Shown here piece after piece: positions 42,004-51,243 of a stretch of DNA of 64,000 nt (positions are counted from its first letter, which is position 1; the number at the start of each line of letters is the position of its first letter). The notes under the pieces are model-generated. The model was not told the DNA's origin. It saw only the letters and a program-made list of their open reading frames with translations, and did not search any database. A program made the position numbers and the translations under genes. This stretch comes from an uncultured Gemmatimonadales bacterium (GTDB lineage: Bacteria; Gemmatimonadota; Gemmatimonadetes; Longimicrobiales; RSA9): contig CAWFKH010000001.1 in NCBI GenBank assembly GCA_963816355.1, positions 512,001-576,000 on the forward strand, in the 5' to 3' direction.

Positions 42004-43041
42004 TTGAGCGGATCGGGCGCAGCGCTCGAACGCGGTCGCGCGCTCTACGCGCGGCGGGATTATCCCGGCCTCGCGGAGCTGGCCGCGGGGGAGCCCGGGA
42101 TCGCGCTGGAAGCCGAGCCGGAGCTCGGCTTCATGGTGGCGGACGCATGGCGGCGGCTCGGCCGTGCGGACGAGGCGCTCGCGCTCGTGCGGCGTCTGGC
42201 GCCCCTCTGCGCGGCGCGCGGGAACGACCGGCTGTTCCGCGACCGGCTCAACGTCGAAGGGATCCTGCTGTTCGGGCGCGGCGACGTCGCGGCGGCGGAA
42301 TCGGTGTGGCGGGATCTGCTCGAGGCGGCCAGCCGGGGCGACGACGAGGAGTTCGTCGCGCGTGCGAACAACAATCTGGGCGTGATCTGCACGCTTCGCG
42401 GCAGGCGGGAGGAGGCGCTGGCCAGCTACGAACGGGCGATCGCGGCCTATCATCGTCGCGGATACCTGCGTGGGCTCGCCCAGGCGCACCAGAACCTGGC
42501 CATCACCTACCGGGACATGGGCTTCGGCGACGAGGCCGACACGCACTTCCGCCGCACGATCGCTTACGCGCGTGCCGACGGCAGCGAGGACGAGATCGCC
42601 CGCGCGGAGCAGGAGCGGGCGCTGCTGATCTACTCGTTCCGCCGCGACGGCCGACTCGCGGAGGCGACGGCGAAGCAGGCGCTGCGCCGCTTCAGGCGGC
42701 TGCGCGACGTGGCCGGGATCGCCGATGCGACGCGGGTGCTGGCGATCATCCACATGGGAGAGCGCCGCAATCTGGAGGCGGGGAAGGAGCTCGACGAAGC
42801 GATCCGCCTCGCCCGTTCGGCGCGCGCGCCGCTCCTGATCGCCGAATCGCTCGAGGCGCAGGCCGCCCTCGCGCTGCTCGAGGGACGGGACGCGGAAGCC
42901 GCATCGCTGCAGGAGGAGGCGGCGCGCGGCTTCGGCGAGCTGGGCGCCGCGGCGTGGGGGGAGCGCACGCGCCGCCGACTTGCGGACCTGACGTGGCGCG
43001 CCGCCGCGGAGGAGGCGGGGGGCGCGAGCCAGGCGGGTTGA
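42004..43041 (+). CDS. Tetratricopeptide repeat protein
   Basis: ARANNNLGVI...EALASYERAI, AQAHQNLAITY repeats; TTG start. Confidence 0.82.
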   Translation: MSGSGAALERGRALYARRDYPGLAELAAGEPGIALEAEPELGFMVADAWRRLGRADEALALVRRLAPLCAARGNDRLFRDRLNVEGILLFGRGDVAAAESVWRDLLEAASRGDDEEFVARANNNLGVICTLRGRREEALASYERAIAAYHRRGYLRGLAQAHQNLAITYRDMGFGDEADTHFRRTIAYARADGSEDEIARAEQERALLIYSFRRDGRLAEATAKQALRRFRRLRDVAGIADATRVLAIIHMGERRNLEAGKELDEAIRLARSARAPLLIAESLEAQAALALLEGRDAEAASLQEEAARGFGELGAAAWGERTRRRLADLTWRAAAEEAGGASQAG

Positions 43042-43044
43042 GCG

Positions 43045-43779
43045 TCAGTCGAGCGCGTCGATGACGACGACCGTGACGTTGTCGTAACCGCCGCGCTCGT
43101 TGGCAAGGTCGACGAGGCGGGCCGAGGCGGCGGCGGCGGAGTCCGCCGCGAGGGCGGCCCGGATGTCGTCGTCGTCGAGCATGGTGGTCAGGCCATCGGA
43201 GCAGAGCAGGACGCGGTCGCCGGCCTCGAGGGCCTGCGCTCCGCCGTCGATGCGGAGCGCCCCGCGCGTGCCGAGCGCCTGCGTGAGGACGTTGGCGAAG
43301 GGGTGTTGGCGGGCGACTTCGGGCGCGAGGGCGCCGGCGTCGATCTGCTCCTGCACCCAGCTGTGATCGCGCGTGAGGCGGCCGAGCGAGTCGCCGTGCA
43401 GCAGGTACGCCCGCGAGTCGCCCACGTGAGTGAAGACGGCGACGCCGCGCGCGGTGAGGGCGAGCGCGGTCAGCGTCGTGCCCATGCCGGCGCAGGCGCG
43501 GTCCCGCTCCGCGCGCGCGACGATCGCGGCGTTCGCCCGACGCACGCCTTCCTCGAGGACGGCGCGGAGTGCCGCATCGTCGGCGGCGTCGCGGACCGGT
43601 TCGGTGGCGATGCGCGCGAGGGTCTCGATCGCCAGCCCGCTGGCGACCTCGCCGGCGGCGTGGCCGCCCATGCCGTCCGCGATCGCGAAGAGGCCGACCT
43701 CGTCGCGTACCAGAAAAGCGTCCTCGTTGCCGCTGCGGACGCGTCCGGTGTCGGTACGTGCGGCAGACTCCCATTTCAT
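43045..43779 (-). CDS. PP2C-type Ser/Thr protein phosphatase (Stp1-like)
   Basis: TDTGRVRSGNEDA, IADGMGGHAAGEVAS, GMGTT, HVGDSRAY, LCSDGL, GGYDNVT. Confidence 0.95.
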   Translation of the reverse strand: MKWESAARTDTGRVRSGNEDAFLVRDEVGLFAIADGMGGHAAGEVASGLAIETLARIATEPVRDAADDAALRAVLEEGVRRANAAIVARAERDRACAGMGTTLTALALTARGVAVFTHVGDSRAYLLHGDSLGRLTRDHSWVQEQIDAGALAPEVARQHPFANVLTQALGTRGALRIDGGAQALEAGDRVLLCSDGLTTMLDDDDIRAALAADSAAAASARLVDLANERGGYDNVTVVVIDALD

Positions 43780-43787
43780 GGGCTGGA

Positions 43788-43816
43788 AGGCTAGGTTGCC
43801 TTGCCGGCGGGTGCAA
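43788..43816 (-). promoter_or_regulatory. Sigma70 promoter predicting a near-leaderless PP2C mRNA
   Basis: TTGCAC-N17-TAGCCT ends 8 nt before the ATG; no SD sequence. Confidence 0.55.
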
Positions 43817-43854
43817 GCGGGTGCGGGCGCGAGGTTTGCCGTTACGGAGCCGTG

Positions 43855-44446
43855 ATGAAGGGATTCGAGATGGGCCGCCGCCGTGCTGCTCGGGGCGTGG
43901 CTGGGCGGATGTCGGGTGCGGCCGGAGGAGAGGGCGGGCGGAGTCGCTCCGCCGCCGGCCGCCGCCCTCGCCGCCGGCGCCGACACGATACCGATCAGAG
44001 CGCAGCTCGCCGAGCTCGACTCGGTGACCGTGCGGGCGCAGCGGAGCGGCGACGAAGCCGAGCGCGGCGACCTGATCCTGCGCGCGGAGGCGCTCACGGA
44101 CCGGCTGCTGGAGTCGCAGCTTCCTTTCGCGTGGTCGGCGGGGAGCTACTCGATCGAGTCGCAGCTCCGGCAGCTCCAGGCGCTGGCCGACCGCATCGTC
44201 GCGGAGGTGCGGCGAGGCGAGCGCGGCGCCGCCGTGGACGCGGACCTGCGGCTGTTCCAGCAGCGGATCATGGCGCTGCAGGCGGACTTGCGGCGACCGG
44301 GCCGCGCGGCGCCGCCATCGGTCGATTCGCTTCTCGCGGCGTACGCCCACGGCGAGGTCGCGCGTGGCGCGCCGACGGGAGAGGCAGACGACGATGCCCG
44401 AGGCGGAGCGCGGGCCGGGGAGCCCCCAACGCCCGTCGGACACTGA
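43855..44446 (+). CDS. Helical lipoprotein of unknown function (probable 1-nt indel just after the start)
   Basis: Open frame 43883-44446 with LLGAWLGGC lipobox; GGAG RBS and ATG at 43855 are one base out of frame. Confidence 0.6.
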
Positions 44447-44458
44447 TCCGAAGGCGTG

Positions 44459-44483
44459 GGAACACCGGCGGACCGGCGGGGTT
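44459..44483 (+). promoter_or_regulatory. ECF-sigma-type promoter upstream of sigma factor 2
   Basis: GGAAC-N17-GTT. Confidence 0.5.
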
Positions 44484-44626
44484 ACACGCCTTGAACAGGA
44501 AGCGGATCGCCCGGCGATAGAGAGCGTCGTCGGGCCATTTTGTAGGCAGAGTCCTTGCAGCCCGAGGGGTGGTGCGTGTTGCCCGGGCTGCGAGTGAATC
44601 CCGATCGATCGAGCGACAACGGCGGT

Positions 44627-45535
44627 ATGGCTACCACGGCTCAAAATACGCGCAAGCGGCGGCGACGGACGCAGGACCGCAAGGCGAACCTCTTCCGGGG
44701 TGCGGTCGAGGAGCGCACGGCGCTCGACCAGTACCTGCGGGATGTGAGCCGGCATGAGCTGCTCACGCCCGAACAGGAGGTCGAGCTCGGTCGTCGTGCG
44801 CAGCGAGGCGACGAGGACGCCGTGCAGGCGCTCGTGCGCGCCAACCTGCGCTTCGTCATCAGCATCGCGAAGAAGTACCAGAACCGCGGCGTCTCCCTGA
44901 TCGACCTGATCCAGGAGGGCAACGTGGGCCTGGTCACCGCCGCGCGGAAGTTCGATCCCGAGCAGGGCGTGAAGTTCATCTCGTACGCCGTGTGGTGGAT
45001 CCGGCAGGCGATCCTCTCCGCGCTCGCCAACCAGGGCCGCGCGGTGCGCGTGCCGCTCAACCGGGCCAGCGACCTCGCCCGCATCTTCCGGGAGCGCGAG
45101 CGGCTCAAGCAGGAGCTGCGCAGGGACCCGTCGACCGAGGAGATCGCGGTGGCGGCGAAACTGACGCCGGAGGTGGTCGAGCAGCTCCAGACGCTCAACG
45201 CGTCGGAGATCCGGCTCGACGCGCCGATCGGGGACTCGGACGACAGCCAGCTCGTCGAGCGTTTCATCACCGAAGAGGCGTCGGAGCCGGAGGAAGCGGT
45301 CGAGGAGCGGCTCCTCTCGGAGCAGATCGACCGCGCGCTGGCGACGCTGTCGCCGCGCGATGCACAGGTGCTGCGCCTCTATTTCGGGCTCGACAACGGC
45401 CGCGAGCACACGCTCGAGGAGATCGGGAACATGCTGGGCGTCACCCGCGAGCGGATCCGGCAGCTCCGCGACCGCGCGCTGAAGCGGCTGCGCGAGGGCG
45501 ATCTCGGACCCGCGCTGGAAAGCTTTGCCGCCTGA
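44627..45535 (+). CDS. RNA polymerase sigma factor, RpoD/SigA family, without region 1.1
   Basis: LDQYLRDV, ANLRFVISIAKKYQNRG, DLIQEGNVGL, FISYAVWWIRQAI, TLEEIG.MLGVTRERIRQL. Confidence 0.96.
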   Translation: MATTAQNTRKRRRRTQDRKANLFRGAVEERTALDQYLRDVSRHELLTPEQEVELGRRAQRGDEDAVQALVRANLRFVISIAKKYQNRGVSLIDLIQEGNVGLVTAARKFDPEQGVKFISYAVWWIRQAILSALANQGRAVRVPLNRASDLARIFRERERLKQELRRDPSTEEIAVAAKLTPEVVEQLQTLNASEIRLDAPIGDSDDSQLVERFITEEASEPEEAVEERLLSEQIDRALATLSPRDAQVLRLYFGLDNGREHTLEEIGNMLGVTRERIRQLRDRALKRLREGDLGPALESFAA

Positions 45536-46454
45536 GCCATCCCGGCTGAGCGGAGTGGTGCGCGCCGTCGTGGGCGGCGCCTACGAGGTCGAGACCGACG
45601 ACGGCCGCGTGGTGGAGGCGACACTGCGCGGCCGTCTCAAGCAGGACCGCCGCTCGTCGGACCGGGTCGTCGCGGGTGACCGGATCGACCTCGCGCTCGA
45701 CGGGAGCGGGGGAGCTACGGTCGAGCGGGTGCACGAGCGCGCCTCGGTCCTCGTCCGGCGCGCGCCCGGCGGCCGTCACGGTGCCAAGCCGATCGCCGCG
45801 AACGTGGACCAGGTCGCGGTCGTTCTCGCGGCCACCCACCCCGAGCCGAACCTCCGCATGCTGGACCGCTTCCTCGTCATCGCAGAGGCGAGCGGACTTC
45901 CCTCGATCATCGTCGTGAACAAGCTCGACCTCGTCGCGGAGGCCGACGTGCGGTCGCGGTTCGCGGCGTACACGGCCGCCGGCTATCCCCTGCTGCTCAC
46001 CACCGCGAAGCATGCCGCCGGCGTCGACGCGCTGCGGGAGCGCCTGCGCGACCGGACCTCGGTGCTGACCGGCCCGTCCGGCGTGGGCAAGTCGAGCCTG
46101 CTCAACGCGCTCGAGCCCGGTCTCGGGCTGCGCGTCGGCGAGGTGAGCCGGGCCGTGCACAAGGGGCGGCACACCACCGTCTCCGCGCGGCTCGTTCCGC
46201 TCGCGTGCGGGGGGTGGGTGGTCGACACGCCCGGACTGCGCGAGGTGGGCGTATGGGACGTGCCCGCCGAGTCGCTCGACGAGCTCTTCCCCGAGCTGCG
46301 GCCCTACCTCGGTCAATGCCGCTTCGGCTCGGACTGCAGCCACGTCCACGAGCCGGGCTGCGCCATACGCGCCGCCGTGGAACGGGGCGACGTCGACGGC
46401 GACCGCTACGCGAGTTACGTCAAACTGCTCGACGACGACGCGGCGCGGCGCTGA
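45525..46454 (+). CDS. rsgA: Ribosome small subunit-dependent GTPase A
   Basis: IAANVDQ, NKLD, GPSGVGKSSLLN, GRHTT, DTPG, zinc site CRFGSDCSHVHEPGC; start approximate. Confidence 0.95.
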   Translation: MPPEPSRLSGVVRAVVGGAYEVETDDGRVVEATLRGRLKQDRRSSDRVVAGDRIDLALDGSGGATVERVHERASVLVRRAPGGRHGAKPIAANVDQVAVVLAATHPEPNLRMLDRFLVIAEASGLPSIIVVNKLDLVAEADVRSRFAAYTAAGYPLLLTTAKHAAGVDALRERLRDRTSVLTGPSGVGKSSLLNALEPGLGLRVGEVSRAVHKGRHTTVSARLVPLACGGWVVDTPGLREVGVWDVPAESLDELFPELRPYLGQCRFGSDCSHVHEPGCAIRAAVERGDVDGDRYASYVKLLDDDAARR

Positions 46455-46523
46455 GGCGCCGGGCCACTTCGCGGCGCTTTGCGCCCTCGAGTATGGCGGC
46501 GTCGGAGGGGGGCCGATGTGACG

Positions 46524-46539
46524 CGGCACGGGTCTCGCT
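46524..46539 (+). promoter_or_regulatory. Putative sigma54 promoter for the DUF4382 lipoprotein
   Basis: CGGCACGGGTCTCGCT, GG-N10-GC with a GGCAC -24 box. Confidence 0.55.
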
Positions 46540-46615
46540 CGTCTAGCGGGAGTGGACGAATCGACTCGCCGGCCGCGGAGCCCACCGCGGGGCGGGCGCA
46601 ACGGATGGAGGACAC

Positions 46616-47302
46616 ATGCAGAACCGACTCAAGACGATGGGAACCTTCGCGCTGCTGCTCGGGCTACCGCTCGCCGCCTGTGATTCGAGCACGGCGCCGA
46701 ACCAGGGGCGCGCGAACATATTCATGCAGCAGAGTGGGACGGTGCTCGCGGCGAATCGTGTGATGAGCGCGTCCGGCCTGGCGCAGGTCGACCTCGGCGC
46801 CGTCGAGTCGCTCTCCGTGGACGTCACGGGCGTGCAGCTGCTTCCGGCGGGGATGGAGGGCGATCAGGACGGACAGTGGGTGACGGTTTCGCTCACGGGC
46901 GACGAGTCCGGTGTCGCGACGGTGAACCTGCTCGGACTCCCCGAGGATCTGACGGATCAGGGGCTGCTGCTCGCGAGCGGCGATGTCGCCGCCGGCGACT
47001 ACAGCGCGGTGCGCCTGCTGGTGAGCGGCGGCACGATCGTGTTCAGCCAGCCGGTCAGCGTGGGCAACGCCAACTTCGACGCGGGCACGGAGTACAGCGT
47101 CGACATTCCGAGCGGCGCGCAGAGCGGCCTGAAGGTGCAGGGCCTGACGCTCACGATCGACGAGGGTGCGACGGAGGACGCGACGCTGGTCTTCGACCCG
47201 ACGGAGTCCGTTGCGCACATCGTGGCAACTGGCAACGGCACCGTGAAGCTGACGCCGGTCCTGCACGCCAAGGCTTCGGGCGCGGCGGTCGTGGGCAGCT
47301 GA
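46616..47302 (+). CDS. DUF4382-like lipoprotein
   Basis: Lipobox LAAC; VNLL.L, G.Y..VRL, IPSGAQSGLK, LVFD...S, KLTPVL; GGAGG RBS. Confidence 0.78.
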   Translation: MQNRLKTMGTFALLLGLPLAACDSSTAPNQGRANIFMQQSGTVLAANRVMSASGLAQVDLGAVESLSVDVTGVQLLPAGMEGDQDGQWVTVSLTGDESGVATVNLLGLPEDLTDQGLLLASGDVAAGDYSAVRLLVSGGTIVFSQPVSVGNANFDAGTEYSVDIPSGAQSGLKVQGLTLTIDEGATEDATLVFDPTESVAHIVATGNGTVKLTPVLHAKASGAAVVGS

Positions 47303-47326
47303 CGCGACGCGCGCGGCGGGCAGGGT

Positions 47327-47366
47327 GGCGGAGGCCTCCGGCTGTGCCGGGGGCCTTCGTCGTTTA
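47327..47366. terminator. Hairpin between the convergent DUF4382 and btuB genes
   Basis: GGCGGAGGCCTCCGGC / GCCGGGGGCCTTCGTC stem (with G-U pairs) followed by GTTT. Confidence 0.6.
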
Positions 47367-49430
47367 CGGGCGCCAGTGGAGCGACGCACCCGCGAGCACC
47401 GTGCGGCCCGGTGTGGGGAAGCCGACGACCTCGACGATGCGGCGGTCGAGGAGGTTCTCGCCGCGCAGCGTGAGGGCGATGCTCGTGCCGTTCGCGAGTC
47501 GCACGGGCAGCGCGAGGCTGGCGTCGACGCGCGTGTATGGCGCCAGGCGCACGCGGCGGCCGGGGAAGGCGCTGAAATCGATGTCGTCGCGTGCTCCGAC
47601 CCGGCGGACGCCGAGGCGGCCACGGGCGCCGCCGAGGTGCGCTTCGAGCGACGCGTCGGCGATCGTGCCGGGGCGGCGCAGCAGCGGGGCGCCGAGCGCG
47701 AAGGCGGCGTCCGGGCCCGGCGTGAAGGCGGAGTCGGTGACCTGCGTCTCCAGGCGCGTCCAGCCGACATCGAGCGCGACGGCGCGGGAGAGCGCGACGC
47801 GCGCGCCCGTCTCGAGACCGCGCGTCAGCGCGCCGGCCACGTTGAAATAGTTCGGGTCCTCCGGCGCAGGCGGCGCGGCGGTGTAATCGATCAGGTCGCG
47901 GAAGCGCTGATCGAACCAGGTGGCGAAGAGGTGGACGCGGCCGCCCGCGAGCGTTTGCTCGAGACCCGCTTCCCAGCTCGCCGCACGCTCCGGGCGCAGG
48001 GACGGGTTCCCTTTCACGAAGCCGACGCCGTAGTTCTCCAGCATCGTCGGCTCCTTGAACGCGGTGCCGACGCTGGCCCGCACGCGGCCATCGCGCCAGG
48101 TGCCCGCGGAGACTCCGAGCCGGTACGTCGTGAAGGTGCCGAAGGCGTCGCTGTCGTCGACGCGGAGGCCACTGGTGAAGGTGAGCCGGTCGGCGGGACG
48201 GGCGACGGCCTGCGCGTAGTAGGCATGCTCGCGGCGCGTGGCGCGGAAGTCGTCCGGAAAGGCGCCGAACTCGCTGAGCGAGAGGTCGCGCGCGCTCTGC
48301 CGCTCGGCGTCGTAGCCGGTGCCGACGCTCAGGGTCGCGCGGCCGAGGTCGACGTCGGCGCGCAGGTCGGCGCTGCGGCGCGCGATGCGGGTCGAGTCGA
48401 CGAAGCCGAAGAAGCCGGTCGTGTCGGCGGGGCCGTCGGCGCGGTCGTCGATGCCGCGTCGCGCCTCGTGCGCGCCCAGCAGCAGCCGCAGCGTGAGGGC
48501 CCGGCCGACGCGGCGCTCCGCCTCGAAGCTGGCGGTCAGCCGTGCGCCTCGCTGGTACTGGTTGAGGTCGACCGCGTGCCCCGCGTCGTCCGTCGGGTAG
48601 TGGTAGACGCTGCCGGACCAGCGCAGCGAGAGACGGGCATCGGTGCGCGCGTCCGACCGCGCGGAAAGGCTCGCGGCGGCGACGTCGTTGCGGAAGCCGT
48701 TGTTGAAGGCGTAGACGCCGTCGCTCGAAAAACGCGAGGCGGCGAGCGAGTAGGCGAGGCGGTCGGTGCCGCCGGAGAGGGTGGCGCCGCCCTCGTGCGT
48801 GCCGAAGGTGCCGGCCCGCAGGCGCGCCTCCAGCGAGGCGGCGCCCGCGCCACGGCGGGTGAAGATCTGGACGACGCCACTCATCGCGTCCGAGCCGTAG
48901 AGCACGCTCGCCGGGCCACGCACGACCTCGATGCGGTCGACGTCGTCGGTCGTCAGCGTGGAGAGGTCGACGGCGCCTCCGGGGTCGTTGATCGGCACGC
49001 CGTCCACCAGCACGCGCACGTAGTCGCTTTCGCCCCCGCGCAGGAAGAGCGAGCTGGCGCCGCCGAAGGAGCCGGTCTGGACGACGGCCGCGCCCGGAAC
49101 CTCGCGCAGCGCCTCCGCCACCGCGTGGATCCCCCGCTCGCGCAACGCCTCGCCGTCCAGCACCGTCACCGACGCCGGCACTGCGGAGATCGGCAGCGCC
49201 GTGCGCGTCGCCGTCACCACGAGTCCCCGGATGCGGAAGGTGTCGCGGCCCGCGGCCTCGCGGCCGGCGGTGTCGGCCTGGGGGCGGGCGGGTGCGGCGT
49301 GGGCTGGAGCGGTCGGCGATTGCGCGCTCGCCGGGCGGGAGGCGACGGCGATCGCCGCCAGGAGGACGGCCGTCGTCGCGGCGGCGTGGGCGAGGCGGGG
49401 TGTGAGGGGGCGGCGGGCACGGGTCTTCAC
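47364..49430 (-). CDS. btuB: TonB-dependent receptor, probably for cobalamin
   Basis: LVVTATR TonB-box region, LFLRGG, VLVDGVPIND, IEVVRGPASVLYGSDAMSGVV, GNPSLRPE; last gene behind a B12 riboswitch. Confidence 0.88.
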   Translation of the reverse strand: MKTRARRPLTPRLAHAAATTAVLLAAIAVASRPASAQSPTAPAHAAPARPQADTAGREAAGRDTFRIRGLVVTATRTALPISAVPASVTVLDGEALRERGIHAVAEALREVPGAAVVQTGSFGGASSLFLRGGESDYVRVLVDGVPINDPGGAVDLSTLTTDDVDRIEVVRGPASVLYGSDAMSGVVQIFTRRGAGAASLEARLRAGTFGTHEGGATLSGGTDRLAYSLAASRFSSDGVYAFNNGFRNDVAAASLSARSDARTDARLSLRWSGSVYHYPTDDAGHAVDLNQYQRGARLTASFEAERRVGRALTLRLLLGAHEARRGIDDRADGPADTTGFFGFVDSTRIARRSADLRADVDLGRATLSVGTGYDAERQSARDLSLSEFGAFPDDFRATRREHAYYAQAVARPADRLTFTSGLRVDDSDAFGTFTTYRLGVSAGTWRDGRVRASVGTAFKEPTMLENYGVGFVKGNPSLRPERAASWEAGLEQTLAGGRVHLFATWFDQRFRDLIDYTAAPPAPEDPNYFNVAGALTRGLETGARVALSRAVALDVGWTRLETQVTDSAFTPGPDAAFALGAPLLRRPGTIADASLEAHLGGARGRLGVRRVGARDDIDFSAFPGRRVRLAPYTRVDASLALPVRLANGTSIALTLRGENLLDRRIVEVVGFPTPGRTVLAGASLHWRP

Positions 49431-50260
49431 GGCGTCTCCTTCGGCGGTTCGGGGTCGTGGGCGAGCGGCACGATCTGCGGCGCTCCGGCGTCCGGGCCGG
49501 GGCCTGGATGCGCGGTGAGGGTGACGGGCCAGCGGTAGACACGGCCGATCGTCTCCGGGCGCAGCACCGTCGCGGGCGCTCCCTCGGCGACCGTCCTTCC
49601 GCCGTCCAACAGGAGGAGGCGGTCGGCGTAGCGGGCGGCGAGGTTGAGATTGTGCGTGACCAGGAGGACGGCGGCGCCGTCGCGGCGGGCGAGCGTGTGG
49701 AGCAGCTCGAAGATCGCCATCTCGTGGCGGATGTCGAGGGAAGCCGAGGGCTCGTCGAGGACGAGCGTCCGCGGCTCCTGCGCGAGCGCCCGCGCCACGC
49801 GCGCGCGCTGCCGCTCGCCGCCGGAAAGCGTCGCGAGCGGTCGCGTCGCGAATTCGGCGATGTCGCAGCGCTCGAGGGCGCGCCGCACCGCGCGCCGGTC
49901 GACCTCGCGCTCGCGCCGCCACGGCCCGACGTGGGGATAGCGGCCCATGGCGACGAGCTCGAGGACGGTGAGCGGGAAGACGATCTCCTCCGACTGCGGC
50001 ACGACGGCCACGCGGCGCGCGAGCGCGGCCCGATCCCAGCTCTCGAGCGGCGCGCCCTCGTGGAGCACGGCGCCGCGGCCCGGCCGGAGCGAGCCGAGCA
50101 GCAGCCGGAGCAGCGTCGACTTGCCGGAGCCGTTCGGGCCGATCACCGCGTGGAACGCGCCGGCGTCGAGGCGGAGCGCGACGTCGTCCACCGCCGGCCG
50201 CGCGGCGCCGGGATAGGCGTAGGCGAGGCCGCGCGCCTCGAGACGCGGCGCGGCGTTCAC
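49427..50260 (-). CDS. btuD: Cobalamin/iron-chelate ABC transporter ATP-binding protein
   Basis: GPNGSGKST, LSGGERQR, LDEPSASLD, THNLNLAARYAD. Confidence 0.88.
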   Translation of the reverse strand: MNAAPRLEARGLAYAYPGAARPAVDDVALRLDAGAFHAVIGPNGSGKSTLLRLLLGSLRPGRGAVLHEGAPLESWDRAALARRVAVVPQSEEIVFPLTVLELVAMGRYPHVGPWRREREVDRRAVRRALERCDIAEFATRPLATLSGGERQRARVARALAQEPRTLVLDEPSASLDIRHEMAIFELLHTLARRDGAAVLLVTHNLNLAARYADRLLLLDGGRTVAEGAPATVLRPETIGRVYRWPVTLTAHPGPGPDAGAPQIVPLAHDPEPPKETP

Positions 50261-51243
50261 GATGTCCTCCGCAGCAGCACGACGAAGACCGGCACGCCGA
50301 CCAGCGCGGTGACGACGCCCACCGGCAGCTCGACCGGTGCGACCGCCGTGCGGGCGACGGCATCGGCGGCTACCAGGAAGGTGGCGCCCGCCAGGACGGA
50401 CGCGGGCAGAAGCAGGCGGTGGTCGCTCCCCCAGAGCAGCCGCAGCGCGTGCGGCACGACGAGCCCGATGAAGCCGATGACGCCGGCGATCGAGACGCTC
50501 GCCGCGACGAGCAGCGACGTGACCAGGTACGCGGCCACCTTCACGCGCGCCACGCGCACGCCCAGGTAAAACGCGGATTCCTCGCCCACCGCCACCAGAT
50601 TGAGCGGCCGCGCGAGGCCGAGCAGGAGCGCAGCCGCCGGGGCGCCGTACGCCGCGAGCAGCGCGACGCCCCCCCACGTCGCGCCGGAGAGGCTGCCCAG
50701 CATCCAGAAGATCGCGGAGCGGAACGTCTCGATGCGCGCGAAGCTCAGCACGAGCAGGATCAACGCGTTGAAGAAGGCGCCGACCACGACGCCCGCGAGG
50801 AGGAGGACACGGGCGTCGAGTGCGCGGCCGACCGAGAACGCGATGCGGAACACCACGACGACCGCGACGAGAGCCCCCGCGAGCGCCGCGAGCGGCTGCG
50901 CCCACGGGGCGCGTGCGCTCAGGCCGAGCGCGATCGCGCCGACGGCGCCCACCGCGGCCCCGCCGGACACGCCGAGGATGTACGGCTCGGCGAGCGGGTT
51001 GCGCAGGAGCGCCTGGAAGACCGCGCCGCTCAGCGCCAGCCCCCCGCCGACGAGCGCCGCGAGGACGGTGCGTGGCAGCCGGAGGTCGACGACGATCGTG
51101 CGCGCCGCGGCGTCGCCACCCCCCGCGAGCGCCGCGGCGACGCGCCGCAGCGGCAGACCGGCCGCGCCGACCGCCACGCTCGCGAGCATCGCCGCCGCGA
51201 GCAAGGCGGCGAGGAGCAGCAGCCGAGCGAGGCGCGCGCTCAT
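50257..51243 (-). CDS. btuC: Cobalamin/iron-chelate ABC transporter permease
   Basis: LRLPR, QALLRNPLAEPYILGVSGGA, FWMLGSL, IGFIGLVVPH, ELPVG. Confidence 0.9.
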   Translation of the reverse strand: MSARLARLLLLAALLAAAMLASVAVGAAGLPLRRVAAALAGGGDAAARTIVVDLRLPRTVLAALVGGGLALSGAVFQALLRNPLAEPYILGVSGGAAVGAVGAIALGLSARAPWAQPLAALAGALVAVVVVFRIAFSVGRALDARVLLLAGVVVGAFFNALILLVLSFARIETFRSAIFWMLGSLSGATWGGVALLAAYGAPAAALLLGLARPLNLVAVGEESAFYLGVRVARVKVAAYLVTSLLVAASVSIAGVIGFIGLVVPHALRLLWGSDHRLLLPASVLAGATFLVAADAVARTAVAPVELPVGVVTALVGVPVFVVLLRRTS

